Shown in pieces: positions 18,256-26,251 of a stretch of 59,063 bases of DNA (within the stretch, counting starts at the first letter, position 1; every line of letters begins with the position of its first letter). Source of the stretch: a virus (taxonomy: Duplodnaviria > Caudoviricetes); the IMG/VR virus record IMGVR_UViG_3300020401_000020, positions 1 to 59,063 of that record, one strand, 5' to 3'. The notes beneath the pieces are model-generated. The model was not told the origin of the DNA, ran no database searches, and was given only the letters and a program-made list of their open reading frames with translations. The position numbers were made by a program, and so were the translations under genes.

Positions 18256-18284
18256 ATTATGGCATATATCTTATAAAAAAGCAA
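18256..18284 (-). promoter_or_regulatory. Sigma70-like promoter, cassette 1
   Basis: TTGCTT-17-CATAAT with extended -10 TG. Confidence 0.65.
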
Positions 18285-18299
18285 GGGGTTTTGGGGTTG

Positions 18300-18364
18300 A
18301 TAAAAGCGACGAGCCATGCCTGGCAAATGAGGAACGAGTGTTGGCTCGTCGCTTTTATTATGAT
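18300..18364. repeat. Palindromic element copy 1
   Basis: ATAAAAGCGACGAGCCA-25nt-TGGCTCGTCGCTTTTAT-TATGAT. Confidence 0.95.
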
Positions 18365-18403
18365 ATTTGGGAGCAGGGAAGCGTGGGGAAAAACGCTGGG
18401 CAT

Positions 18404-18439
18404 AAAAAAAGGGCGACAGCATTTCTGTTGTCGCCCTTT
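18404..18439 (-). terminator. Intrinsic terminator, cassette 2
   Basis: AAAGGGCGACA...TGTCGCCCTTTTTTT. Confidence 0.8.
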
Positions 18440-18452
18440 AGTTTGGGACCAA

Positions 18453-18749
18453 TTACGCTAAATCTTTTATCTCTCCGTTTTCGTCTTTGATTAAAAGATA
18501 TTCAAAACCACATCCACCAGCTAATGTTTGTTTGTAGTTGTCAATTTCTTTTTCAAAGTCGCCTTCAATTTCATTCTTGTAATCTGCTGAAGGTAATCCA
18601 AGAGCTTGAACTTCAGGGATAAACTTACAAATCATACTTTTTGCTTCAGTCCCATATTCATCATCTTCAGAAGAAATTACTGCAACAGTAATTCTCTTTC
18701 CAATTATTACATCACAAAACTCGTAAGTTTTTCCTTTGATTTTTTTCAT
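18453..18749 (-). CDS. Hypothetical early protein, cassette 2
   Basis: 98 aa, GAGGT RBS. Confidence 0.75.
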   Translation of the reverse strand: MKKIKGKTYEFCDVIIGKRITVAVISSEDDEYGTEAKSMICKFIPEVQALGLPSADYKNEIEGDFEKEIDNYKQTLAGGCGFEYLLIKDENGEIKDLA

Positions 18750-18780
18750 ATTTACCTCGTTGTTTGTTAATCAATAATGA

Positions 18781-18810
18781 ATTATGGCATAGGTCCCATA
18801 AAAAAGTCAA
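18781..18810 (-). promoter_or_regulatory. Sigma70-like promoter, cassette 2
   Basis: TTGACT-18-CATAAT with extended -10 TG. Confidence 0.65.
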
Positions 18811-18826
18811 GGGGAAAAAGGGGTTG

Positions 18827-18888
18827 ATAAAAGCGACGAGCCAAGATATAACGAGGTACGAGTGTTGGCTCGTCGCTTTTATTATGAT
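18827..18888. repeat. Palindromic element copy 2
   Basis: ATAAAAGCGACGAGCCAA-20nt-TTGGCTCGTCGCTTTTAT-TATGAT. Confidence 0.95.
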
Positions 18889-18930
18889 TTTTTCGGTGCA
18901 CGAAGCTACGGAGAAAAAAATGATGGGCAT

Positions 18931-18971
18931 AAAAAAAGGGGTTGGCTCACTTTTCGAACGCCAACCCCTTT
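18931..18971 (-). terminator. Intrinsic terminator, cassette 3
   Basis: AAAGGGGTTGGC...GCCAACCCCTTTTTTT. Confidence 0.8.
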
Positions 18972-19028
18972 GCCTAGGGTTAAAGGTTAAGAACCTAGGA
19001 CTTATTTGGGAGAATTACTTCCTCAAAA

Positions 19029-19301
19029 TCATGATACCACCTCTCCTAAGTTTTGTTGTTGTACTCCTTCGGCGTAATCGTCGAAGCCCATATCCAGAAC
19101 TACATGACCAATGCCATAAGATAATCTGACTCTCATTTCACAATCGTTGTGGACCATTTCGAATGTGACTGGGAACAAAGTATCTTCGGGAAAGTCCTCA
19201 AAGAACTCATCAGTTATTGTTCTGTTCCTACCTTCGTCAATGGACCTTTGATTAATCCTCTTAACATCTTGGTAGGTCATAAAGCTAACTGTGTTATTCA
19301 T
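19029..19301 (-). CDS. Hypothetical early protein, cassette 3 (probably leaderless)
   Basis: 90 aa; ATG lies 6 nt downstream of the -10 box, no RBS. Confidence 0.7.
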   Translation of the reverse strand: MNNTVSFMTYQDVKRINQRSIDEGRNRTITDEFFEDFPEDTLFPVTFEMVHNDCEMRVRLSYGIGHVVLDMGFDDYAEGVQQQNLGEVVS

Positions 19302-19307
19302 ATGTAA

Positions 19308-19336
19308 ATATTAGGATAAATCTTATAATATGTCAA
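19308..19336 (-). promoter_or_regulatory. Sigma70-like promoter, cassette 3
   Basis: TTGACA-17-TAATAT. Confidence 0.7.
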
Positions 19337-19352
19337 GGGGGATTTGTGGGGG

Positions 19353-19530
19353 TAAAAGCGACGAGACAACTCCAAGACCAGCAACGCCAATTTATAAGCA
19401 AAAGGTCCAACACTATTGAACGAGGATATGTTATCCAACATATCATTCGGGCAATAGTGTATTGAAGACCTTTTGCTTATAAAAAAATTAGTGAATGGAC
19501 TAGGATTTGGCTCGTCGCTTTTATTATGAT
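19353..19530. repeat. Palindromic element copy 3 with long nested hairpin
   Basis: TAAAAGCGACGAGACAA...TTGGCTCGTCGCTTTTA-TTATGAT; inner perfect 17-bp stem 19391-19407/19467-19483. Confidence 0.92.
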
Positions 19531-19584
19531 TTTTCTGGGCTTCGGGATGTTTTGCTTCGTAGCCCAGAAGAAAAAATAGATATG

Positions 19585-19610
19585 AAAAAGGGAGACCGAA
19601 GTCTCCCTTT
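19585..19610 (-). terminator. Intrinsic terminator with C(UUCG)G loop, cassette 4
   Basis: GGGAGAC-TTCG-GTCTCCC-TTTTT. Confidence 0.85.
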
Positions 19611-19635
19611 CCATGATTGACAACAACATCATTCT

Positions 19636-20022
19636 TTAATCAAGAGGCACAAATACAGGGGGGTGGTAAAAGTCCTCTGTCTTAATCACACCTTTCGGTA
19701 GGCGAATACTTTTCATGTAGTATTCAATCGGCATGATTGGGGAAGTGCTATTCCCTTTGTCATCATTACCAAGAACAATACCTCTACCAAAATAGGCGTT
19801 ATCGTTAAAACTAAAAGCGTAGTTCTCGTCAATCAGTAAACCTTCATCATCAATGTAAATGATGTCGGTGTTGTCAGGATTTGAGTAATCTCTAACTGCA
19901 TCTATCGTTCTGACTTGTTTAACATCAGTTGATAAAAGCTGGTAGAGTTTATCTAAATCCATACTGTCTGTAGTTAGTTGAGCAATGCTCATACAGTCAG
20001 GTTGGATAATGTAAGCGTACAT
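19636..20022 (-). CDS. DUF3846-like early protein, cassette 4
   Basis: 128 aa, IYIDDEGLL..N...G.GIV.G.D..G pattern; AAGGAG RBS. Confidence 0.65.
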   Translation of the reverse strand: MYAYIIQPDCMSIAQLTTDSMDLDKLYQLLSTDVKQVRTIDAVRDYSNPDNTDIIYIDDEGLLIDENYAFSFNDNAYFGRGIVLGNDDKGNSTSPIMPIEYYMKSIRLPKGVIKTEDFYHPPVFVPLD

Positions 20023-20055
20023 ATATATTCTCCTTATGTTGTTAATCGAATTTAG

Positions 20056-20084
20056 ATTATAAGATATTTTTTATAAAAATGGAA
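20056..20084 (-). promoter_or_regulatory. Sigma70-like promoter, cassette 4
   Basis: TTCCAT-17-TATAAT. Confidence 0.6.
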
Positions 20085-20102
20085 GGGGAAAAAGGGGTTG
20101 AC

Positions 20103-20169
20103 ATAAAAGCGACGAGCCGACAGTTATTTTCTAATGTGTCCTTTGTCGGCTCGTCGCTTTTATTATGAT
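20103..20169. repeat. Palindromic element copy 4
   Basis: Perfect 20-bp arms ATAAAAGCGACGAGCCGACA-21nt-TGTCGGCTCGTCGCTTTTAT, then TATGAT. Confidence 0.95.
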
Positions 20170-20390
20170 TGGACCTTAGGTTCTTTGTACCAAACTCTGA
20201 CTTTGCCATTCGGCTGAATTTTTAAAGCAGGTAGTTTGTTAAGACTTCTAAGAGCATTTGCCAAAGACACTGCCCTTGGATAACTTTCCATAAGTACGCT
20301 ATCGCCAACCTTCATACACTCGGCAGTAAATTTAATCTTGCCTTGTTTACTCTCGATTGGGATGCCCTTTTCTATTTTGTAAGTTTCCAT
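20163..20390 (-). CDS. Small putative DNA-binding protein
   Basis: IEKGIPI...MKVGDSV...GKVRVW pattern of small phage DNA-binding proteins; stop codon lies inside the repeat tail. Confidence 0.6.
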   Translation of the reverse strand: METYKIEKGIPIESKQGKIKFTAECMKVGDSVLMESYPRAVSLANALRSLNKLPALKIQPNGKVRVWYKEPKVQS

Positions 20391-20524
20391 TATTTCCACC
20401 ATTTAAGTAAGTTTTCATTAATCATCTCGCGTCGAAGTTCTTGCAATCTATGTATCTCTTTGCTAATCGCTCGTCGCTCTGCCTTCTTCTCTTCAATTAA
20501 ATCTATAATTTCTAATTGGGTCAT
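20390..20524 (-). CDS. Hypothetical coiled-coil peptide (44 aa)
   Basis: Manual: MTQLEIIDLIEEKKAERRAISKEIHRLQELRRE...; TAATG coupling. Confidence 0.55.
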   Translation of the reverse strand: MTQLEIIDLIEEKKAERRAISKEIHRLQELRREMINENLLKWWK

Positions 20525-20526
20525 AA

Positions 20527-20559
20527 TAAAAAAAGGGGAGTCCTAAGACTCCTCCTTTT
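20527..20559 (-). terminator. Intrinsic terminator
   Basis: AGGAGGAGTC-TTAG-GACTCCCCTTTTTTT. Confidence 0.65.
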
Positions 20560-20686
20560 CCTCCTCCATAATTTTAAGTTGATTATCAAGAAACACTTTG
20601 ACAAGTCTTAGGTTTCTCTCGTTAAGTTGGGCAATGCTACCTAAAGCACTACCCACCATTGCGTCTTGAAAAGATTTACTGTCCAT
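20543..20686 (-). CDS. Hypothetical peptide (47 aa)
   Basis: Manual: MDSKSFQDAMVGSALGSIAQL...; GGAG RBS, TAATG coupling. Confidence 0.55.
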   Translation of the reverse strand: MDSKSFQDAMVGSALGSIAQLNERNLRLVKVFLDNQLKIMEEEKEES

Positions 20687-20877
20687 TAATTTAAATCTCC
20701 ATTTGGCAATTGAAGATTGTCCATGCCTCTAAGAGCCATGACTTCTTCAAGTGCAGTTGTATTTACATTGCCATTGGATACAACGACAACACCATTTATA
20801 ACTAACTCAGTTAAGTTAGTCTCGACTCCAGCGAGTTCTCCACCTTGGTCAAGTTTTAAAACAAAAGTAAATTTCAT
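20686..20877 (-). CDS. Hypothetical early protein, cassette 5
   Basis: 63 aa, GAGG RBS, GATTAACAA leader. Confidence 0.65.
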   Translation of the reverse strand: MKFTFVLKLDQGGELAGVETNLTELVINGVVVVSNGNVNTTALEEVMALRGMDNLQLPNGDLN

Positions 20878-21011
20878 ATTTCCTCGTTTAGTTGTTAATC
20901 AATATGTATAAGATACAGTAATATGTAAAATATGCAAGTATATCTCATAAAGTTTTTAGATTATTTTATCATATAAGATTGCTCTTATATAACTGGGGGG
21001 AATAAGGGGGG

Positions 21012-21079
21012 TAATCAAAGCGACGAGCCGACAATAAAAGGAAGCGAAGCGACTGTCGGCTCGTCGCTTTGATTATGAT
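21012..21079. repeat. Palindromic element copy 5
   Basis: Perfect 22-bp arms TAATCAAAGCGACGAGCCGACA-20nt-TGTCGGCTCGTCGCTTTGATTA. Confidence 0.95.
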
Positions 21080-21220
21080 AGGAGCAGAGGGGGGAGCCCC
21101 CCCAAACAGAATAACATCCATATACAGACATATATAAGTAAAGATATACACAAAAACTCTGGTATCAAAAACTTTGCATATGGGACCCCCCTTATGTAAT
21201 ATAAACCCTAGGAGTCCCAG

Positions 21221-21700
21221 ATGGAGAAAAAAATTTCTACTTCCAAAAAATGTACGCATTGTAAAAAAGAAATTTCTCTGGAAAAGTTCACATCCCAAAG
21301 TACGAAATGCAAAGCTTGTGTTGATGTAGTAAGACGAAAGGCTGCTAGTGCAACTCCACAAAAATTTCTGACCCGCTCTTTCGGTCAACTCAAACATGCA
21401 AGAATAAAAAAAGAAAAAACAAAGAAAGGTTGGGACATAACACTAGAAGATGTTTTGGAACTATGGGAAGTACAAAAAGGTAGGTGTGCTTTGACAGGAT
21501 TATTTATGACCTTTCATAAAGATGGCAGTGGCAGAAGAGACTTAAATGTTTCTATTGATAGAATAGACCCAGATACTGACTATTTAGTAACGAACATTCA
21601 ACTAGTTTGTCTTAGAGTAAACACAATGAAACACACACTAAAAGAAGACGAGCTTTATTGGTGGGCTAAAAATATAGTAGAATGCAAAGAGAATGAGTAA
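21221..21700 (+). CDS. HNH / endonuclease VII-like protein upstream of terminase
   Basis: CxxC pairs, GRCALTG...SIDRIDP...NIQLVC..VN.MK. Confidence 0.7.
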   Translation: MEKKISTSKKCTHCKKEISLEKFTSQSTKCKACVDVVRRKAASATPQKFLTRSFGQLKHARIKKEKTKKGWDITLEDVLELWEVQKGRCALTGLFMTFHKDGSGRRDLNVSIDRIDPDTDYLVTNIQLVCLRVNTMKHTLKEDELYWWAKNIVECKENE

Positions 21701-23186
21701 AGACTTAGACATAGACCTAGAAACTCTAGCCGAACAATATCCTGACGCAGCTAAAAAGTTTCTTGCTTTGAAAGAAGCACTAGATTCCAAAACACTACAA
21801 CGAGAAGGCAAAGATAACTTCATTCGTTATGTCAAACACATGTGGTCTGATTTTATTGAAGGTGAACACCACAAGATATTTGCTCAAAAACTAGAAGATG
21901 TAGCCAATGGCAAGATAAAAAGACTGATAGTCAACATGCCACCAAGGCATACAAAGTCAGAATTTGCTTCTACTTTCTTTCCTAGTTGGTTGCTTGGCAG
22001 AAATCCAAAGCTAAAGCTTATGCAAATCACCCACACCGCAGAACTAGCCTTTCGTTTTGGTAGAAAAGTGCGTGACATTATTGACTCGGAAGAATACAAA
22101 CAGGTTTTTCCTGATGTTTCTCTGAAACAAGACAGTAAATCAGCAGGAAGGTGGGAAACCAACAAAGGCGGAGAGGCATTTTACTCTGGTATTGGTGGTG
22201 CAGTAACTGGACGTGGTGCGGATTTGCTAGTTTTAGACGACATTCACTCGGAACAAGACGCACTTTCACCAAAAGCACTAGACAATGCTTGGGATTATTA
22301 CAGTTCTGGACCAAGACAACGTCTACAACCGGGTGGTTCTATTGTCGTAGTGATGACTAGATGGTCGACCAAGGACTTAACAGGTAGATTATTGGCTGCA
22401 CAAAGCGACCCAAAAGCAGATAAGTGGGAAGTAGTAGAGTTTCCAGCCATTTTTCCAGAGACAGGCAACCCATTATGGAAAGAATTCTGGAGTATTGAGG
22501 AATTAGAGAGTATTAAAGCGTCTTTACCTGTCTCAAAGTGGTCAGCACAGTGGTTACAGAACCCAACTTCCGAAGAAGGAGCGATTTTAAAGCGTGAATG
22601 GTGGCAAAAGTGGGATAAAGACCAGATTCCTAACATGCAATACGTAATTCAAAGCTATGATACGGCATTTTCTAAGAATGAAACCGCAGATTACTCGGCA
22701 ATCACTACTTGGTGCGTGTTTTATCCAGAAGAAACCCTAAGTGCTCCAGCAATTTTGCTACTGGACGTGAAAAAAGGACGGTGGGACTTCCCAGAACTCA
22801 AAGAAGAAGCATTAAAACAGTATAAATACTGGGAACCAGACACAGTTATCATAGAAGCCAAGGCATCTGGTATGCCACTAACACATGAACTACGTCAAAT
22901 GGGAATTCCTGTTGTAAATTACACACCGAGCAGAGGACAAGACAAAGTTGCTAGAGTAAATGCAGTATCACCAATACTAGAATCAGGTATGGTGTACGCT
23001 CCTGAGGAACGTTGGGCAGAAGAATTGATAGAAGAGTGTGCTGCTTTTCCATTTGGCGACCATGATGATTTAGTAGACTCGACCACACAAGCTTTGTTAA
23101 GATATAGGCAAGGTGGTTTCATAGGTCTCCATAATGACGAGAAACTAGAGGAACGTGAACCAAGATTAATAAAAAGTTATTACTAG
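21693..23186 (+). CDS. terL: Terminase large subunit
   Basis: MPPRHTKS Walker A variant, LVLDD Walker B, QSYDTA and HDDLVDS nuclease motifs. Confidence 0.95.
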   Translation: MSKDLDIDLETLAEQYPDAAKKFLALKEALDSKTLQREGKDNFIRYVKHMWSDFIEGEHHKIFAQKLEDVANGKIKRLIVNMPPRHTKSEFASTFFPSWLLGRNPKLKLMQITHTAELAFRFGRKVRDIIDSEEYKQVFPDVSLKQDSKSAGRWETNKGGEAFYSGIGGAVTGRGADLLVLDDIHSEQDALSPKALDNAWDYYSSGPRQRLQPGGSIVVVMTRWSTKDLTGRLLAAQSDPKADKWEVVEFPAIFPETGNPLWKEFWSIEELESIKASLPVSKWSAQWLQNPTSEEGAILKREWWQKWDKDQIPNMQYVIQSYDTAFSKNETADYSAITTWCVFYPEETLSAPAILLLDVKKGRWDFPELKEEALKQYKYWEPDTVIIEAKASGMPLTHELRQMGIPVVNYTPSRGQDKVARVNAVSPILESGMVYAPEERWAEELIEECAAFPFGDHDDLVDSTTQALLRYRQGGFIGLHNDEKLEEREPRLIKSYY

Positions 23187-23189
23187 ATT

Positions 23190-25580
23190 ATGGTAGACGA
23201 AATAAAAACTCCCACTAATATTGAGAACATTTCTCAACTTTATGACAAAGACCCAACGACACAAAATGTCGCAGACGAGTTTGTTGAAATAGACTCTCCA
23301 CTTACAGGCGACGAAGAAGTAAATGTCGAATTTGCCCCAGACGGCTCTGCAGAAGTAGACTACTTCCCAGAAGACATACCACAAGAACCAGCAATTCCTT
23401 TTGACGCAAACTTAGCTGAGTTTATTGAGGACCAAGATTTAGATATGTTAAGTAGCGACTTGATTAGTGGCTATGAAGATGACAAAGCCAGTAGACAAGA
23501 GTGGGAAGATACTTACATTCAAGGACTAGACTTACTTGGTTTTAAAATAGAAGACAGAGAAACTCCGTTTCCCGGAGCATCAGGTGTCACTCACCCATTA
23601 CTATCAGAAGCAGTAACGCAATTCCAAGCACAAGCTTTCAAAGAACTACTACCAGCAAAAGGTCCAGTCAAAGCACAAGTTATGGGAGCAGCAACTCCTG
23701 ACGTACAGCAACAAGCTGCAAGAGTGCAGGACTTTATGAACTATCAGATAACTTCTGTTATGGAAGAGTACACACCAGAGATGGACCAACTACTTTTCTA
23801 TTTACCACTTGCTGGTTCTGCATTTAAAAAAGTTTACTACGACCCAATGACGCAAAGACCTTGCAGTCACTTTATCCCTGTAGAAGATTTACTAATACCA
23901 TACGAAGCTAGTGACCTAGAAACTTGTTCTAGAATTACTCAAGTTGTAAAAATGAGTCACAACGAAATACGTAGTCAACAACTAGCAGGTGCTTATAGAG
24001 ATATAGATGTAAAACCTGCTTACGTAAATGAAGGTTCTGATGTAAAAGAAAAAGTAGATGAGCTAGAGGGCATTGCTTCTTCTGGTAATGACATGATGTA
24101 TGACTTACTAGAAGTACATGCAACTTTAGACCTAGCAGGATTCGAAGACCCAGACGGTATGCACCTACCGTATGTTATAACCATTGACCAAACTTCTGGC
24201 GAAGTATTATCTATTCGTAGAAACTACAGAGAAGGCGACCCCCTCAAAAGAAAAATAAACTATTTTGTACACTACAAGTTTTTACCGGGTCTTGGTTTCT
24301 ATGGCTTTGGTCTAATCCACATGATTGGTGGTTTATCTAAAACTGCTACCGCAGCATTAAGACAACTAATTGACGCAGGTACTTTATCTAACTTACCAGC
24401 AGGTTTTAAAGCTAGAGGATTAAGAATCAGGGACGACGAGACTCCACTAGAGCCGGGAGAATGGCGTGATGTAGACGCACCGGGCGGAGCACTTAGAGAA
24501 TCACTAGTACCACTACCATACAAAGAACCATCAGGCACATTACTACAACTAATGGGTATTTGTGTTGATGCTGGTAGAAGGTTTGCTTCAATTACTAATC
24601 TAAACATTGGTGAAGGTAATCAAGAACTACCAGTAGGTACAACCATGGCTTTACTAGAACAAGGAACTAGAGTCATGTCAGCTGTGCACAAAAGATTACA
24701 CTATGCACAGAAAACAGAATTTAAAATATTAGCTAGACTTTTTGCAGAATATCTTCCGCCTGAGTACCCTTACTTGGTGGCGGGGGCTGATGCCACAGTA
24801 AAACAAACAGATTTTGATGAGAGAGTAGATGTCCTTCCTGTAAGTGACCCTAACTTCTTCTCTATGTCCCAAAGAATATCACTGGCTCAACAAGAGCTTC
24901 AGTTAGTACAAAGCAATCCAGAGATACACAATATCAAAGAAGCATACCGAAGAATGTATGAAGCTTTGGGTACAGAAAATGTTGAACAATTATTTATGCC
25001 AGACCCACCACCACCAAGTCCAGTAGACCCAGTGATGGAAAACGCAAACGCTTTAGCAGGTGTACCTCTTGTCGCATTCCCTGACCAAGACCACCAAACA
25101 CACATAGAGGTGCACCTGACTTTCTTAGATAATGATTTTGTGAAGTCTAATCCTGTAGCAGTGCAAAGTTTAGTTAGCCACATCTTGCAACACGTTTCCT
25201 TAATGGCACAAAACGAAGCACAAGAAATGGCTATGCAAGACCCAGCCATGATGCAACAGTTGCAACAAGAACAAATGATGATGGACCAAGGACAACCAGT
25301 ACCACCTAATCCTGCTATGGCAAACTATGTAGCTACTGCAGAACTAGGAGCACTACAAGAGATTATGCCAAGACTAGAAGAAATACTAGATGTTGAAGAT
25401 GGCGTAGTAGCACTGAAGAATAAAGAACTAGATATACGTGAACAAGAAAATGAAGATGATAAAGAAATAGCTGAAAGAAAATTAGAATTAGAAGAAGAGA
25501 AGATAAAATCTCAAGAAGATATTGCCGCCCTAAGAGCTGGTGTCGACAGAGACCGCAATAGACGTGGAGGCAAATCATAG
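23190..25580 (+). CDS. Portal protein
   Basis: 796 aa immediately after TerL; GSAFKKVYYD and PGLGFYGFG motifs; Gln-rich and coiled C-terminus (P22-like barrel). Confidence 0.85.
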   Translation: MVDEIKTPTNIENISQLYDKDPTTQNVADEFVEIDSPLTGDEEVNVEFAPDGSAEVDYFPEDIPQEPAIPFDANLAEFIEDQDLDMLSSDLISGYEDDKASRQEWEDTYIQGLDLLGFKIEDRETPFPGASGVTHPLLSEAVTQFQAQAFKELLPAKGPVKAQVMGAATPDVQQQAARVQDFMNYQITSVMEEYTPEMDQLLFYLPLAGSAFKKVYYDPMTQRPCSHFIPVEDLLIPYEASDLETCSRITQVVKMSHNEIRSQQLAGAYRDIDVKPAYVNEGSDVKEKVDELEGIASSGNDMMYDLLEVHATLDLAGFEDPDGMHLPYVITIDQTSGEVLSIRRNYREGDPLKRKINYFVHYKFLPGLGFYGFGLIHMIGGLSKTATAALRQLIDAGTLSNLPAGFKARGLRIRDDETPLEPGEWRDVDAPGGALRESLVPLPYKEPSGTLLQLMGICVDAGRRFASITNLNIGEGNQELPVGTTMALLEQGTRVMSAVHKRLHYAQKTEFKILARLFAEYLPPEYPYLVAGADATVKQTDFDERVDVLPVSDPNFFSMSQRISLAQQELQLVQSNPEIHNIKEAYRRMYEALGTENVEQLFMPDPPPPSPVDPVMENANALAGVPLVAFPDQDHQTHIEVHLTFLDNDFVKSNPVAVQSLVSHILQHVSLMAQNEAQEMAMQDPAMMQQLQQEQMMMDQGQPVPPNPAMANYVATAELGALQEIMPRLEEILDVEDGVVALKNKELDIREQENEDDKEIAERKLELEEEKIKSQEDIAALRAGVDRDRNRRGGKS

Positions 25581-25774
25581 ACGAACTTAATTTCACGTAC
25601 TTAGTTCAACGTGCTATCTCTAATAAAGAGGAACAAATAAAAGAAATAATGGCTAGTGGCGGTGTAGAAAACCACGAGCATTATCAGAACTTAGTTGGTC
25701 AAATCCAAGCACTAAACTTCTTGCGTGAAGAAATTAAATCTTTATTAGATAGGATGGAGCAAGAAGATGAGTAA
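25577..25774 (+). CDS. Small hypothetical protein with apparent ATA start (65 aa)
   Basis: Manual: (M)DELNFTYLVQRAISNKEEQI...YQNLVGQIQAL...; GGAGG 6 nt before ATA. Confidence 0.6.
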   Translation: MDELNFTYLVQRAISNKEEQIKEIMASGGVENHEHYQNLVGQIQALNFLREEIKSLLDRMEQEDE

Positions 25775-26234
25775 ATCAGCTTTAGAAGAAAAGTGGGAAG
25801 CTAAGTCAGAAGACGAAGGCATTCTAGATAAAGCCTATGTTGGTGGCAAAAAGAAAGGCGACCCCAAATCATTGGACCCAGAGAAACTAGAAGAAAGTGT
25901 TATAGACCAACTTCCAGAACCTACTGGGTGGCGTATATTAGTTTTACCGTATAAGGCTAAACAAAAAACCAAAGGTGGTATCTTGTTAGCAAACGAAACT
26001 TTAGACAGACAACAAGCAGCGACTACGCTGGGATATGTTTTAAAAGTAGGAAGTTTAGCGTATACTGGAGACAGATTTTCCACAGGTCCGTGGTGTAAGA
26101 AGGGCGATTGGATATTGTTCGCACGATATGCAGGGTCAAGAATCGACATAGACGGTGGAGAAATAAAGATACTGAATGACGACGAGATTATAGCCGTAGT
26201 GCCAGAACCCGAGTCCATTCTGCATAACTTTTAA
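25767..26234 (+). CDS. groES: Co-chaperonin GroES
   Basis: PTGWRILV...KTKGGILL...VLKVG...GDWILFARYAG...ILNDDEIIA. Confidence 0.92.
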   Translation: MSKSALEEKWEAKSEDEGILDKAYVGGKKKGDPKSLDPEKLEESVIDQLPEPTGWRILVLPYKAKQKTKGGILLANETLDRQQAATTLGYVLKVGSLAYTGDRFSTGPWCKKGDWILFARYAGSRIDIDGGEIKILNDDEIIAVVPEPESILHNF

Positions 26235-26251
26235 CTACATGGAGAGGTACC

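Noticed and set aside
18216-19129. + strand ORFs 18216..18461 and 18764..19129 (and 18228..18422, 18712..18930, 20969..21397) as a paralogous gene family
   Set aside because: Their shared peptides (LIKATS...WLVAFIMIF) are just translations of the palindromic element; they overlap promoters and terminators and lack RBSs.
18300-21079. CRISPR array or classical integron
   Set aside because: Repeats are hundreds of bp apart and separated by genes; no cas genes or tyrosine recombinase recognised; no attC RYYYAAC/GTTRRRY boxes evident.
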